Assembly (NCBI GenBank): GCA_947177205.1
Contig: CAMWTO010000001.1
Coordinates: forward strand, 4,090 to 68,089
DNA length: 64,000 bases
Reading direction: 5' to 3'
From: an uncultured Ruminococcus sp.
Lineage (GTDB): Bacteria; Bacillota; Clostridia; Oscillospirales; Ruminococcaceae
Numbering within the stretch: the first letter of the stretch is position 1; each line of letters begins with the position of its first letter. Both the position numbers and the translations under genes were made by a program. The notes below the pieces were generated by a model that was not told where the DNA came from, searched no databases, and was given only the letters and a program-made list of their open reading frames with translations. Shown piece by piece: positions 9,204 to 17,199 of the stretch.

Positions 9204-10521
9204 ATTAAAATTAAAAAATTATTTCAAAATATCCGGGATCGGTCTGGCAGTTATTTTACTCTGGAGTATGCTGTTGTCAATGGGATCAATGACCCCAGCG
9301 TATGCCGAAAATTCCGGCGATTCTGAGAATTCCCAGAATCCGGGAGAGATTATTTCTCTCCCGAATGGATATTCAGAAGACGGACTGTGGCTCTATAATG
9401 ACTACGGCGACGGAACGGTTTCTGTCACCTGTCAGGACAATACGATCACGGAAGCTGAAATCCCGGCGGAAATTGACGGACATGTCATTACAATGGTAGA
9501 AGTGGACTGTTTCAAGGATAATCCGGGACTGAAAAAAGTCACGCTCCCGGACACGATTACAGTCATTGAAGATTATTCATTCTATCAGTGCTATGGACTG
9601 GAAGAAATCAACATCCCGGAGAGCGTGACAAAAATCGGATTTCAAGCGTTCTATGGCTGTGCGCTCCGAGATGTTATCATTCCGGCAGGCGTAACGGAAA
9701 TTGAAAATTTCGCATTCGAGGGCTGTAATTCCCTGCAAGCCATTCACGTCAGCAAGGTCAATCAGAATTATCTGGATCAGGACGGCATTTTATTTGATTA
9801 TGACAAAACAGCATTGATTGTATATCCCAGTGCGAAAACAGATACCAGTTACACCGTTCCGGAGAACTGTACCAAATTAGAAAGTTACGCATTCATGGGA
9901 AATCAGTATCTGGAGCAGATTGATATTTCTTCCGTGCAGGAAATCGGCGAAGATGTATTTTATTACTGTACCAGTTTGCAGGAGATCACAATCCCGGACG
10001 GCATCACGGAGCTGAAAGGTTCAGCATTCGGCAATTGCGTGGCATTGAAGAAGATCACGCTTCCGGAGGGGATTACGAATCTGGGATCAGGATGTTTTTA
10101 TAATTGCGTCATGCTGGAAGAAATTCAATTACCGGAATCACTCACAGGAATGAATGATTATGCGTTTTTTAACTGCGGATCTCTGAAACGTCTAACAATC
10201 CCGGAGAACGTGACGACAATCGGCAATTATGCGTTAGGCTGGTACTATGGCAATGATAACAGCAATAACAACAGCAATGCCGGAGATGAGAACAGCAAAC
10301 AGGATGATTACAAGCGACTTCCGGATTTTGAAATTGATGCAGATAACGGCACAGCAGCATTCGAGTATGCCGCCAAAAATAGTATCAAATGCACCGGCGG
10401 TATTACGCAGGGAATTGTATTTATCTATATTGTGCTTGGTGTGGTTGCCCTGGTAATTTTGGCAGTCATCGGGCTTGTCATCATGCAGAAACGCTACCAG
10501 AAAGAACATGAATTAAATTAA
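9190..10521 (+). CDS. BspA-type LRR surface protein, C-terminal TM anchor (paralog 2)
   Basis: Signal peptide ..GIGLAVILLWSMLLSMGSMTPAYA, then an ENSGDSENSQNPGE linker. AEIPAEIDGHVIT motif shared with paralog 3. C-terminal TM helix plus QKRYQKEHELN. The start overlaps the paralog 1 stop by 14 nt. Confidence 0.75.
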   Translation: MRKTKLKLKNYFKISGIGLAVILLWSMLLSMGSMTPAYAENSGDSENSQNPGEIISLPNGYSEDGLWLYNDYGDGTVSVTCQDNTITEAEIPAEIDGHVITMVEVDCFKDNPGLKKVTLPDTITVIEDYSFYQCYGLEEINIPESVTKIGFQAFYGCALRDVIIPAGVTEIENFAFEGCNSLQAIHVSKVNQNYLDQDGILFDYDKTALIVYPSAKTDTSYTVPENCTKLESYAFMGNQYLEQIDISSVQEIGEDVFYYCTSLQEITIPDGITELKGSAFGNCVALKKITLPEGITNLGSGCFYNCVMLEEIQLPESLTGMNDYAFFNCGSLKRLTIPENVTTIGNYALGWYYGNDNSNNNSNAGDENSKQDDYKRLPDFEIDADNGTAAFEYAAKNSIKCTGGITQGIVFIYIVLGVVALVILAVIGLVIMQKRYQKEHELN

Positions 10522-10554
10522 TTTTTAATATATGCTGAAAGGAGCATGGTTAGA

Positions 10555-10686
10555 ATGGATAATGATTTAAAATTAGATCCATTTTACAGCGTTTCCAATA
10601 TGAATGCTCTTAACGAAAGTATTGTGCAAATGCAGCAGGGCAAAACTATGACTAAGACTATGGAAGAATTGGAAGCAAATGCATAA
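10555..10686 (+). CDS. small orphan ORF resembling the C-terminal tail of a type II antitoxin (possible gene remnant)
   Basis: 43 aa (46 aa from ATG 10546): MDNDLKLDPFYSVSNMNALNESIVQMQQGKTMTKTMEELEANA. The DPFYS..N...L..SI.Q...GK pattern recalls Phd/YefM- or RelB/DinJ-type antitoxin C-termini. GAAAGGAG RBS at 10537-10544. AT-rich. No N-terminal DNA-binding part and no toxin ORF nearby. Confidence 0.3.
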   Translation: MDNDLKLDPFYSVSNMNALNESIVQMQQGKTMTKTMEELEANA

Positions 10687-10731
10687 AAAAGGCTTTTGAG
10701 AAATATTTTTAAAATTCCAGGAGGTGTAATT

Positions 10732-11853
10732 TTGAAATTTTTAAAAAAATTATCCGGCGTTGTCCTTGCCGGGATGCTGTGTGTGCCGTTATGTGCAGTA
10801 TTTCCGGAAAATCCAGTTCATGCGGAAAATTCCGGGGATTTTGCCTATCAGGTCAGGAAAGACCAGACGGCGGAGATTATCTGTCAGAATCCGGATATTG
10901 TCCGGGCGGAAATTCCGGCGGAGATCGACGGTCATCCTGTAACGGCACTCGCTGAGAACTGCTTTGCCCAGTGCGATTCCATGACAGAAGTCATCATTCC
11001 GGATACGGTCACAAAATTGGGAGATTATGCATTTTTTGGCTGTTCGTCCCTCACAGAGATTGCAATCCCGGCAAGTGTGACTGCAATCGGCAAGTACGTT
11101 TTTGATACAACAGAGAGATTGACAAAATTTGAAGTTGATCCAGAGAATCCGTCTTATCAGTCGCCGGATGGGGTACTTTATGATAAAGCTGGGGGGACGC
11201 TCCTGAAATATCCGGAATCCAAGCCGGAGCAGAATTATACTGTGCTGGATAGTTGCCAGACCATTGCAGACTGGGCATTTGTCGGCTCTGTCAATCTGGA
11301 ATCCATTGATTTAAAACAAGTCCGGACAATCGGCGAGGACGCATTCTATTACTGTGTTGCTTTGAAAGAAATCACGATTCCGGAGGGTGTCACGGATCTC
11401 CCCGGTGCAGTATTCGGCTGTTGTGCCGAACTGGAAACGGTCAATCTGCCGTCCGGATTACTGGCAATCGGCAATAAATGTTTTTATTCGTGCGTGTCAC
11501 TGCAAAAAATCAATCTGCCGGAGGGATTGCAGAAAATGGGAGAATACGCATTCTGCCACTGCACGGAACTTAGAGTTTTGGCAATTCCAAAGAGCTTAAC
11601 AACGGTGAATACCAAATGCATGGGGTATCTCTATGACGAGGCATCCGATGATTACACACTCCAGGAAAATATTACGCTCTATGTCTATCCGGATTCTGCC
11701 GCCTGGAAATATGCAGCAACCAATCACATTGCATTTGAACTGATTCGGAATTATGACCAATTATATTTAATTTTAATTATTGTGATTCTGGTGATTATCC
11801 TAGTTCTGAGTTTTGCCATGATTAAAATTCTGAAAGGCAGGAGAGAAGCATGA
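10732..11853 (+). CDS. BspA-type LRR surface protein, C-terminal TM anchor (paralog 3)
   Basis: TTG start at 10732, 7 nt after AGGAGG (10719-10724). Signal peptide KFLKKLSGVVLAGMLCVPLCAVF..VHA. AENSGDF linker, AEIPAEIDGHPVT motif, LRR repeats. C-terminal TM helix LYLILIIVILVIILVLSFAMI. Confidence 0.75.
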   Translation: MKFLKKLSGVVLAGMLCVPLCAVFPENPVHAENSGDFAYQVRKDQTAEIICQNPDIVRAEIPAEIDGHPVTALAENCFAQCDSMTEVIIPDTVTKLGDYAFFGCSSLTEIAIPASVTAIGKYVFDTTERLTKFEVDPENPSYQSPDGVLYDKAGGTLLKYPESKPEQNYTVLDSCQTIADWAFVGSVNLESIDLKQVRTIGEDAFYYCVALKEITIPEGVTDLPGAVFGCCAELETVNLPSGLLAIGNKCFYSCVSLQKINLPEGLQKMGEYAFCHCTELRVLAIPKSLTTVNTKCMGYLYDEASDDYTLQENITLYVYPDSAAWKYAATNHIAFELIRNYDQLYLILIIVILVIILVLSFAMIKILKGRREA

Positions 11854-13361
11854 AAAATTTAAATTTAAGTTTAAATTTAAAAAATAAAATATTTCTCTGG
11901 ATGACAGTCCTGTGTATGATTCTGAATTGTCTGCGTCTCACAATCCCGGCACGTGCGGAACAAACCGGGGAAGAACTGGAAACTTATACAGAGGGAATTT
12001 TTACCTATGCGTATATTGACGGCGGTGTTATGCTTTATTCCTGCGACACGGGAACGCTTGCTGTCAATTTGCCGGATGAGACCAATGGCAGAAAAATTCT
12101 GGAAATTGCAGATGGTGCATTCTATGACTGCAAAAATCTGGAATATGTCCAGATGGGGCGCTATGTCCGGGCAATCGGAGAATCCGCATTCCAGAACTGC
12201 ACATCCCTGAAAGCCATTGAGATTTCTGACAGCGTGGAACGAATTGACCGTTACGCATTTGCCAATTGTCCGAGTCTGACAGAAGTGAAACTCCCGTCGA
12301 ATATCACGGATATTTCGGAAGGATTATTTTATAACTGCATTGGACTGCAATCGGTGGAACTTCCCAAAAATTTGAAAAATATTGGTTCTTCGGCGTTCTA
12401 CAGTTGTAATTTATTTGATTACGGACAGCTCCCGGAGGGTCTGGAGACCATCGGGGATTATGCATTTGCGTTCTGCTATGCCGTAAGCAATGCGGAATTG
12501 CCGTCTACACTGACGGGACTCGGTTCAGCGGCATATTATGGCTGTGTGAATATTCAGGAATTTACAGTCCCGGCACATCTTGAAAATCTCGGAACGCTGG
12601 CATTTCTGGGCTGTGTGAATCTCGCAGAATATTCTGTAGAAGAAGGCAATCCGACATATACCGTGCAGGATGGTGTACTTTATAAAGACAATCAAGAAAC
12701 GCTCTATGCGTATCCGTGCGGCAAACCGGATACAGCATTCACGATCCCGGACGGCGTTGTGACGGTCTATGATGCGGCATTTTTTTCTGCGCCGAATCTG
12801 GAAACAGTCACATTTCCGGCAGGTCTGAAATATATCGGTGCAGGGGCATTTGAGTATTGCACTGCACTGAAAGAAGTCACGCTCCCGGAGGGTTTGGAAA
12901 TTCTCTATGAAAATGCGTTTGCGGATTGCAGTGCACTGACAAGCGTGACGCTCCCGGAAACGCTCCGAGGTGTGGGAGATTACGTATTCTATGCGTGTGA
13001 GTCGCTGAAAGAAATCACAATCCCGAAGAATTGCCGGACAATCGGCGATTACGCATTTGGTTACACGGACGGAGAAGAAACGGACGAAAACGGTGTAGCG
13101 CTTCCGGTGAAGATCGAGGGATTCAAAAAACATACAACGATTAACATTCTCTCTGTGATTTTGGTGATTGCCGGGGTTGCTGTATTAATTTTAATCATTA
13201 TTATTTTAATTAAATTAATCAAAAAAAATCAGATGACACCGGAGGAACATGAGGCACTGGAAGAATCTGAAATCAAAGCAGAAGATCAGCAATATCAAAA
13301 AATTCTGGAAGATTTAAATTTACCTGAAAATTCTGAAAATCATGAAAGCTATGGAGGGTAA
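11850..13361 (+). CDS. BspA-type LRR surface protein, C-terminal TM anchor (paralog 4)
   Basis: ATGA overlap with paralog 3. Signal peptide ..WMTVLCMILNCLRLTIPARA. At least 10 LRR_5-like repeats. TM helix ILSVILVIAGVAVLILIIIILI. Acidic C-terminal tail ending LPENSENHESYGG. Confidence 0.75.
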   Translation: MKNLNLSLNLKNKIFLWMTVLCMILNCLRLTIPARAEQTGEELETYTEGIFTYAYIDGGVMLYSCDTGTLAVNLPDETNGRKILEIADGAFYDCKNLEYVQMGRYVRAIGESAFQNCTSLKAIEISDSVERIDRYAFANCPSLTEVKLPSNITDISEGLFYNCIGLQSVELPKNLKNIGSSAFYSCNLFDYGQLPEGLETIGDYAFAFCYAVSNAELPSTLTGLGSAAYYGCVNIQEFTVPAHLENLGTLAFLGCVNLAEYSVEEGNPTYTVQDGVLYKDNQETLYAYPCGKPDTAFTIPDGVVTVYDAAFFSAPNLETVTFPAGLKYIGAGAFEYCTALKEVTLPEGLEILYENAFADCSALTSVTLPETLRGVGDYVFYACESLKEITIPKNCRTIGDYAFGYTDGEETDENGVALPVKIEGFKKHTTINILSVILVIAGVAVLILIIIILIKLIKKNQMTPEEHEALEESEIKAEDQQYQKILEDLNLPENSENHESYGG

Positions 13362-13371
13362 TCACAACATT

Positions 13372-13812
13372 ATGGTATGGCTGGATCTGAATGATTGCGA
13401 AAAGCAAACATATATAGAATTAAGATTACATTCACCAAAAGGCGAAAAGATCTGTCTGTATTTTAATCCCCTTAGAATTTCTGATGCGCCTGATTGGAAT
13501 CCCATGCCAGAAGAATGGCATTGTTACACTTCGCCTTTAACAATTTACAGACAAGATTATGAAATTTTGCTTGGCTACTTCAAAAAAATATATCCCATCA
13601 AAGATGCATTTGACGGAACATTGGAGCTGGCTTTCGATGTATGTTTTGATAATTGGATCGGAAAAAATGATTGGTTCAGGATCATAAAAGAAATTGAGCA
13701 GGATTTGCCGCATGTTGATGATGACACCAAAATATTCCTTATGGATTTTCTCCAATGGATAAAAAAAGCACTGAAACACACATCTATTATTGTAGTAGAG
13801 GGAAATTTGTGA
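13372..13812 (+). CDS. hypothetical cytoplasmic protein (AT-rich orphan)
   Basis: 146 aa from ATG 13372 (MVWLDLND..). The track ORF starts at 13342, overlapping the LRR gene. No convincing RBS for either start. No TM or signal peptide. W/D/F-rich. No family recognised. Confidence 0.45.
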   Translation: MVWLDLNDCEKQTYIELRLHSPKGEKICLYFNPLRISDAPDWNPMPEEWHCYTSPLTIYRQDYEILLGYFKKIYPIKDAFDGTLELAFDVCFDNWIGKNDWFRIIKEIEQDLPHVDDDTKIFLMDFLQWIKKALKHTSIIVVEGNL

Positions 13813-14017
13813 ACTCTCCCTCACCTACGCTCGTTACACTCGCTAAGAGGTGGGGGGCTTCCAAAAATTTGATAAAATAACATCGGACTTATATTTTCTA
13901 TGTTCGCCGGATTATTTTTCTTATCATACGTTGATTGTTTATGTTTTAAAAAACGGGTCAATAGAAAGTGGCGGACTGGCTGGTTGATTTTTAGAACTGT
14001 GCTATATATCAGAAATT

Positions 14018-14064
14018 AAAAAAATCTCCCCTGAAAATGCTGGATTTTCAGAGGAGATTTTTAA
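14018..14064. terminator. bidirectional intrinsic terminator at the distal end of the phage-like block
   Basis: A7 - TCTCCCCTGAAAAT (14025-14038) / ATTTTCAGAGGAGA (14044-14057) with one mismatch - TTTTT. Confidence 0.75.
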
Positions 14065-14097
14065 TTTATGATAAGCTATTCCGGAATAGAGAATTTT

Positions 14098-15054
14098 TTA
14101 AATTTTATTATAGAATCCGTCCTGGTAGCATGTCAGTTCCGTCCGGAATCCCTGCGGACTGTATACCGCATGGACTTTGCAAAGAATCTGTGCCGGGATA
14201 ATATCCCCGAACTGAATCTGATTTCCTAATTGCAGATTATAAAAGCCATTATATACCAGATAATCCGCACGAAAGCCACGGTTAGAATACGAATTCCGGT
14301 AAGCAAGTGCCAGATCCGGCGCATGACGGAAAGAATTATCAAAATCAATATGCTTATGCCGGACAATTTTTAATCCGGATGCCAGAGAATTTTCTTGCAT
14401 AAATGCGTCCGGCGTGTCGTTCAGCATATCCGACATGTGATAATGGCTGATCATTCGGGAACAGTCCTGCAAAGTGCCGTATTCAAGAACTTCTCCCGGA
14501 GAAAATTCCGTGATGGGATTATTTTCAGGATTCTTTGACGGCTTTAACAGATGAATATGATTTTCCGTCACATACGGATAATGTCCCGTGAGTTTATAGC
14601 AGAAACTAACAACGCCGTCCCACATCGTATTGCCGGATTTGACAAACAGATACCCGGAATCGGGGAAATCCTCGCATGTGATATACGGAAACTGGTAAAA
14701 ATTTTTGATCAGGTCTTGAATTGTTAGATTGCTGTGCAGCCCGGATGGGAGTTCATTCTGTGTGAGAAGCGAAGTGAAACTTTTGGAACGGATTTTGAGA
14801 AATTGTTTCTGATTCCGGAAACTGAACCGGATGGAATCCACCAGACCCAGGAAAATTTCCGTTTCGTCAAGTAATACGGAAATACGGCTGATTTCCCGGA
14901 ATGAAATTTCTTCCGCCGGGAGTGTCGCCGTGACCGTATCAAACGGTGTGTAGATCTCCCGTTCCAGTGTAAATGCAATACAGTCCTGGAATTCCTGATA
15001 ATCCGTATCCGGATCTAAAGCATATAACCGGATTTTCAGATGATTATTCGTCAT
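14098..15054 (-). CDS. phage-like structural protein of unknown role (possibly hub/baseplate- or tail-related)
   Basis: 318 aa from ATG 15054, 9 nt after GGAGG. Overlaps the upstream ORF by 11 nt. Its size and the segment LGLVDSI.F..RN....L.I...S.TSLL are faintly reminiscent of XkdQ/gpD-like hub proteins. This is not a secure call. Confidence 0.45.
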   Translation of the reverse strand: MTNNHLKIRLYALDPDTDYQEFQDCIAFTLEREIYTPFDTVTATLPAEEISFREISRISVLLDETEIFLGLVDSIRFSFRNQKQFLKIRSKSFTSLLTQNELPSGLHSNLTIQDLIKNFYQFPYITCEDFPDSGYLFVKSGNTMWDGVVSFCYKLTGHYPYVTENHIHLLKPSKNPENNPITEFSPGEVLEYGTLQDCSRMISHYHMSDMLNDTPDAFMQENSLASGLKIVRHKHIDFDNSFRHAPDLALAYRNSYSNRGFRADYLVYNGFYNLQLGNQIQFGDIIPAQILCKVHAVYSPQGFRTELTCYQDGFYNKI

Positions 15055-15439
15055 GTTCAGATTCCTCCGCCGGCAGGACTGGTTTTTGATTGCAGTAGAA
15101 AACAAGCGAAATATCCGGCATTTCAGAATTTTCCCCGACTGTGAAACTGCAAAGCATCGCACCGGGGAACGTCAGATTCCGGATTTGCAGATTTTCCGGA
15201 TGTAGCATTCTGCCGGATAATGTCGCAATCACCTGATCCGGAGAGAGCATCGGCGCAAGTTTTCCTTTTAATTTGAGACGGCTTCCCAGACTCACACAGG
15301 AAGTCAGAATGACATTGCCGTCTACTGAACCGGATTCTTTCAGAGAACTGCTTTGTGTGATTTGATATTCTGACAGATAAATGACAAAATCGCCGATCTG
15401 TACCGGAAAAAAGACCGGATCACAGAGCTGAAAACTCAT
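15044..15439 (-). CDS. phage-like hypothetical protein
   Basis: 131 aa. ATGA overlap with the upstream ORF at 15436-15439. No family recognised. Confidence 0.5.
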   Translation of the reverse strand: MSFQLCDPVFFPVQIGDFVIYLSEYQITQSSSLKESGSVDGNVILTSCVSLGSRLKLKGKLAPMLSPDQVIATLSGRMLHPENLQIRNLTFPGAMLCSFTVGENSEMPDISLVFYCNQKPVLPAEESEHDE

Positions 15440-15861
15440 GTTTCCACCTCCTGGGAAACAGGATTTTCCGGCAGATACAGCCCACGCAGACGAAATAATC
15501 CGCTATAAACAAGTTTCTGGAGTCGGGTGTCGGCTTTGGGAGCATCCGTCTGCATGGATTCAAGATGACATCCGGCACGGTGCATCCGGGGGACAATCTT
15601 GCTATAGAAAAATTCCAGGACATGTTCACTTGGCGTTGTCATGGGCACAAGCACAGACACCCGGAAATCCGCTGTAAAACTGGAAATTGTCCTGGTAATT
15701 TCACGGGCACAGCAGTTTAATTTGATCGTTTCCGGAGCAAGTACCACGAACAACTGCCGGGATTTTTCCCGGACAGGGACGGCATCAAAAGACGGATAGA
15801 CCTGAAAATTTGTATCATCCGCTTTCAGGATTGTCATTAATTCCTGAATAAGACTTTCCAT
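15436..15861 (-). CDS. putative head-tail joining / head-completion protein
   Basis: 141 aa. N-terminal pattern L...L...L..D.....VYP......P......FVVL resembles DUF3168/gpZ-like completion proteins. Positioned after the head genes. Confidence 0.45.
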   Translation of the reverse strand: MESLIQELMTILKADDTNFQVYPSFDAVPVREKSRQLFVVLAPETIKLNCCAREITRTISSFTADFRVSVLVPMTTPSEHVLEFFYSKIVPRMHRAGCHLESMQTDAPKADTRLQKLVYSGLFRLRGLYLPENPVSQEVET

Positions 15862-15871
15862 GATGTTACAA

Positions 15872-16240
15872 TTACCCCCTTGTAGAGATTAAGAATGCGT
15901 CAGCATTCTGGATCAGATCCCGGCAAAGCGTCTGGTAGGATCTGACAAGTTGCTGTGCGAAACGCATTCTCTGTGCGCTGTCGGATTCTCGTGAAATTGT
16001 CCCGGCATAAGTGGCAAGGCAATTTTCCCTTGCGCCGTGAATTTCCGTGTAACGTAGATTGGCAACAGAAGCAACGAGATAGCAGAGCCGGGTATCAGAT
16101 TCATCCGCATTTTCAAGAAGAACCGAACGGACTTCCTGGATAGATGCCGTCAGGAGAGGAAGAAACTGATCCGGATCGGCTTCCCCGGTGAAAAATGAAA
16201 AGAGCGACGTAATAATATGCAAATTATAATGCATGTCCAT
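15872..16240 (-). CDS. putative head-tail connector (gp6-like adaptor size class)
   Basis: About 122 aa from ATG 16240, 10 nt after AAGGAG at 16251-16256. The track ORF starts at 16261, on top of the RBS. Position and size fit an adaptor; sequence support is weak. Confidence 0.45.
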   Translation of the reverse strand: MDMHYNLHIITSLFSFFTGEADPDQFLPLLTASIQEVRSVLLENADESDTRLCYLVASVANLRYTEIHGARENCLATYAGTISRESDSAQRMRFAQQLVRSYQTLCRDLIQNADAFLISTRG

Positions 16241-16290
16241 GCTGATTTTTCTCCTTTCCATTTATTTCAATTTATTTAATTTAATTTATT

Positions 16291-17124
16291 TTAAGATCGC
16301 TGACGGAAACCGGCAAGTTGAATTTCAACGCCGGAAAGATCCGGTTTCTGTTCTTCCAGCAGGGATTTTTTAAATTGCAGAAGTTCTCTCAGATCCATTC
16401 TTTCGGCTGCGGTCTGGAGCGCCTTGGAAACAGCGCCCTGTCTGCCACAGAGCTGTAGGACTTCTGAACGCATCTGTGTTTCAATTTCAGACAATAATTG
16501 AGAGAATTCCGGAGAATCTTGATTTAATTCCTGATTAAAATTTTGGTCAGGATTTTCCTGAGAACGGAAGTATTTTGTCACACCAGCGCCCACCTGTGCC
16601 GGAACGGCGACAAAGCTCCATTCATAAGCATCCTGGATATCATCCAGAATCACACAGCAATATTTTTCACCGTAATAATTACCCGGAATGTGACTGCATA
16701 CGCTTTCACGCCGGTCTGCACCGCATACAGAACAGATCTGTTTTCCGGCACAGCAGGAAACGCTGACTTCTTTTTTGATTCCGGCATCAATTTCCCGGAT
16801 AAAATCAGAATTAGAATCCGTCCGGATCGTGTAGGCATTCGCTTTCAGAGAAATTAACGGTCTGCCGTCTTTGGTTTTCTGATCCGGTGATCTGACAAGT
16901 TCTGTGTCAAAAATTCTGGCAGTCTGGTTGTTGGATCTGGGATTGTGGTCAAAAATTCCGGTTTTGCCGATAAATAATTTCTGCATCTGTTGCAATGCCT
17001 GGTCAGAAAAGCGTTCCAGATCTCTGTCAATCTCATTATTGCAGAGAATCACATCAAATTGATAGACTTCTTCTTCTTGCAGTTCCCGTCTTGTAAACTG
17101 ATTGATTTTTTCGAGATTGGTCAT
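16291..17124 (-). CDS. prohead protease-like protein with C-terminal coiled-coil (scaffold-like) region
   Basis: 277 aa. The F.V....NE.DRD.ERF....L......F.GK.G.FDHN ... EVSVS ... WSFVAVPAQ.GAGV pattern resembles HK97-family (S78) prohead proteases. It has a Cys/His cluster CC-x5-C-x2-C-x8-C-x-H. The C-terminal 80 aa are helical and charged. AGGAG RBS. Confidence 0.55.
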   Translation of the reverse strand: MTNLEKINQFTRRELQEEEVYQFDVILCNNEIDRDLERFSDQALQQMQKLFIGKTGIFDHNPRSNNQTARIFDTELVRSPDQKTKDGRPLISLKANAYTIRTDSNSDFIREIDAGIKKEVSVSCCAGKQICSVCGADRRESVCSHIPGNYYGEKYCCVILDDIQDAYEWSFVAVPAQVGAGVTKYFRSQENPDQNFNQELNQDSPEFSQLLSEIETQMRSEVLQLCGRQGAVSKALQTAAERMDLRELLQFKKSLLEEQKPDLSGVEIQLAGFRQRS

Positions 17125-17156
17125 AAACAGATAACTCCTTTCAGAATTTTACAGAG

Positions 17157-17178
17157 AGCAGGGGAAAAATCCCCTGCT
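17157..17178 (-). other. stem-loop between the capsid and protease-like genes
   Basis: AGCAGGGG (17157-17164) / CCCCTGCT (17171-17178) 8-bp GC-rich stem with a 6-nt loop and no T-run. A candidate mRNA stabiliser or partial terminator after the capsid gene. Confidence 0.5.
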
Positions 17179-17199
17179 ATGATTTTATGCTTCAAGATA

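Noticed and set aside
7848-13361. Considered a diversity-generating retroelement, an invertible promoter or a shufflon associated with the LRR array.
   Set aside because: There is no reverse transcriptase, no recombinase, no template-repeat-like duplication, and no flanking inverted repeats visible in the intergenic regions.
13818-13856. A GC-rich hairpin (CCCTCACCT / AGGTGGGGG, 21-nt loop) just after the 13812 stop. Considered as a tRNA fragment, att site or REP-like element.
   Set aside because: There is no T-run, no tRNA-like features, and no second copy in the window. The evidence is insufficient to call anything.
13900-14019. A 39-aa ORF (MFAGLFFLSYVDCLCFKKRVNRKWRTGWLIFRTVLYIRN) in the spacer before the phage-like block.
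   Set aside because: There is no RBS, and it runs into the bidirectional terminator. It is probably chance in AT-rich DNA.
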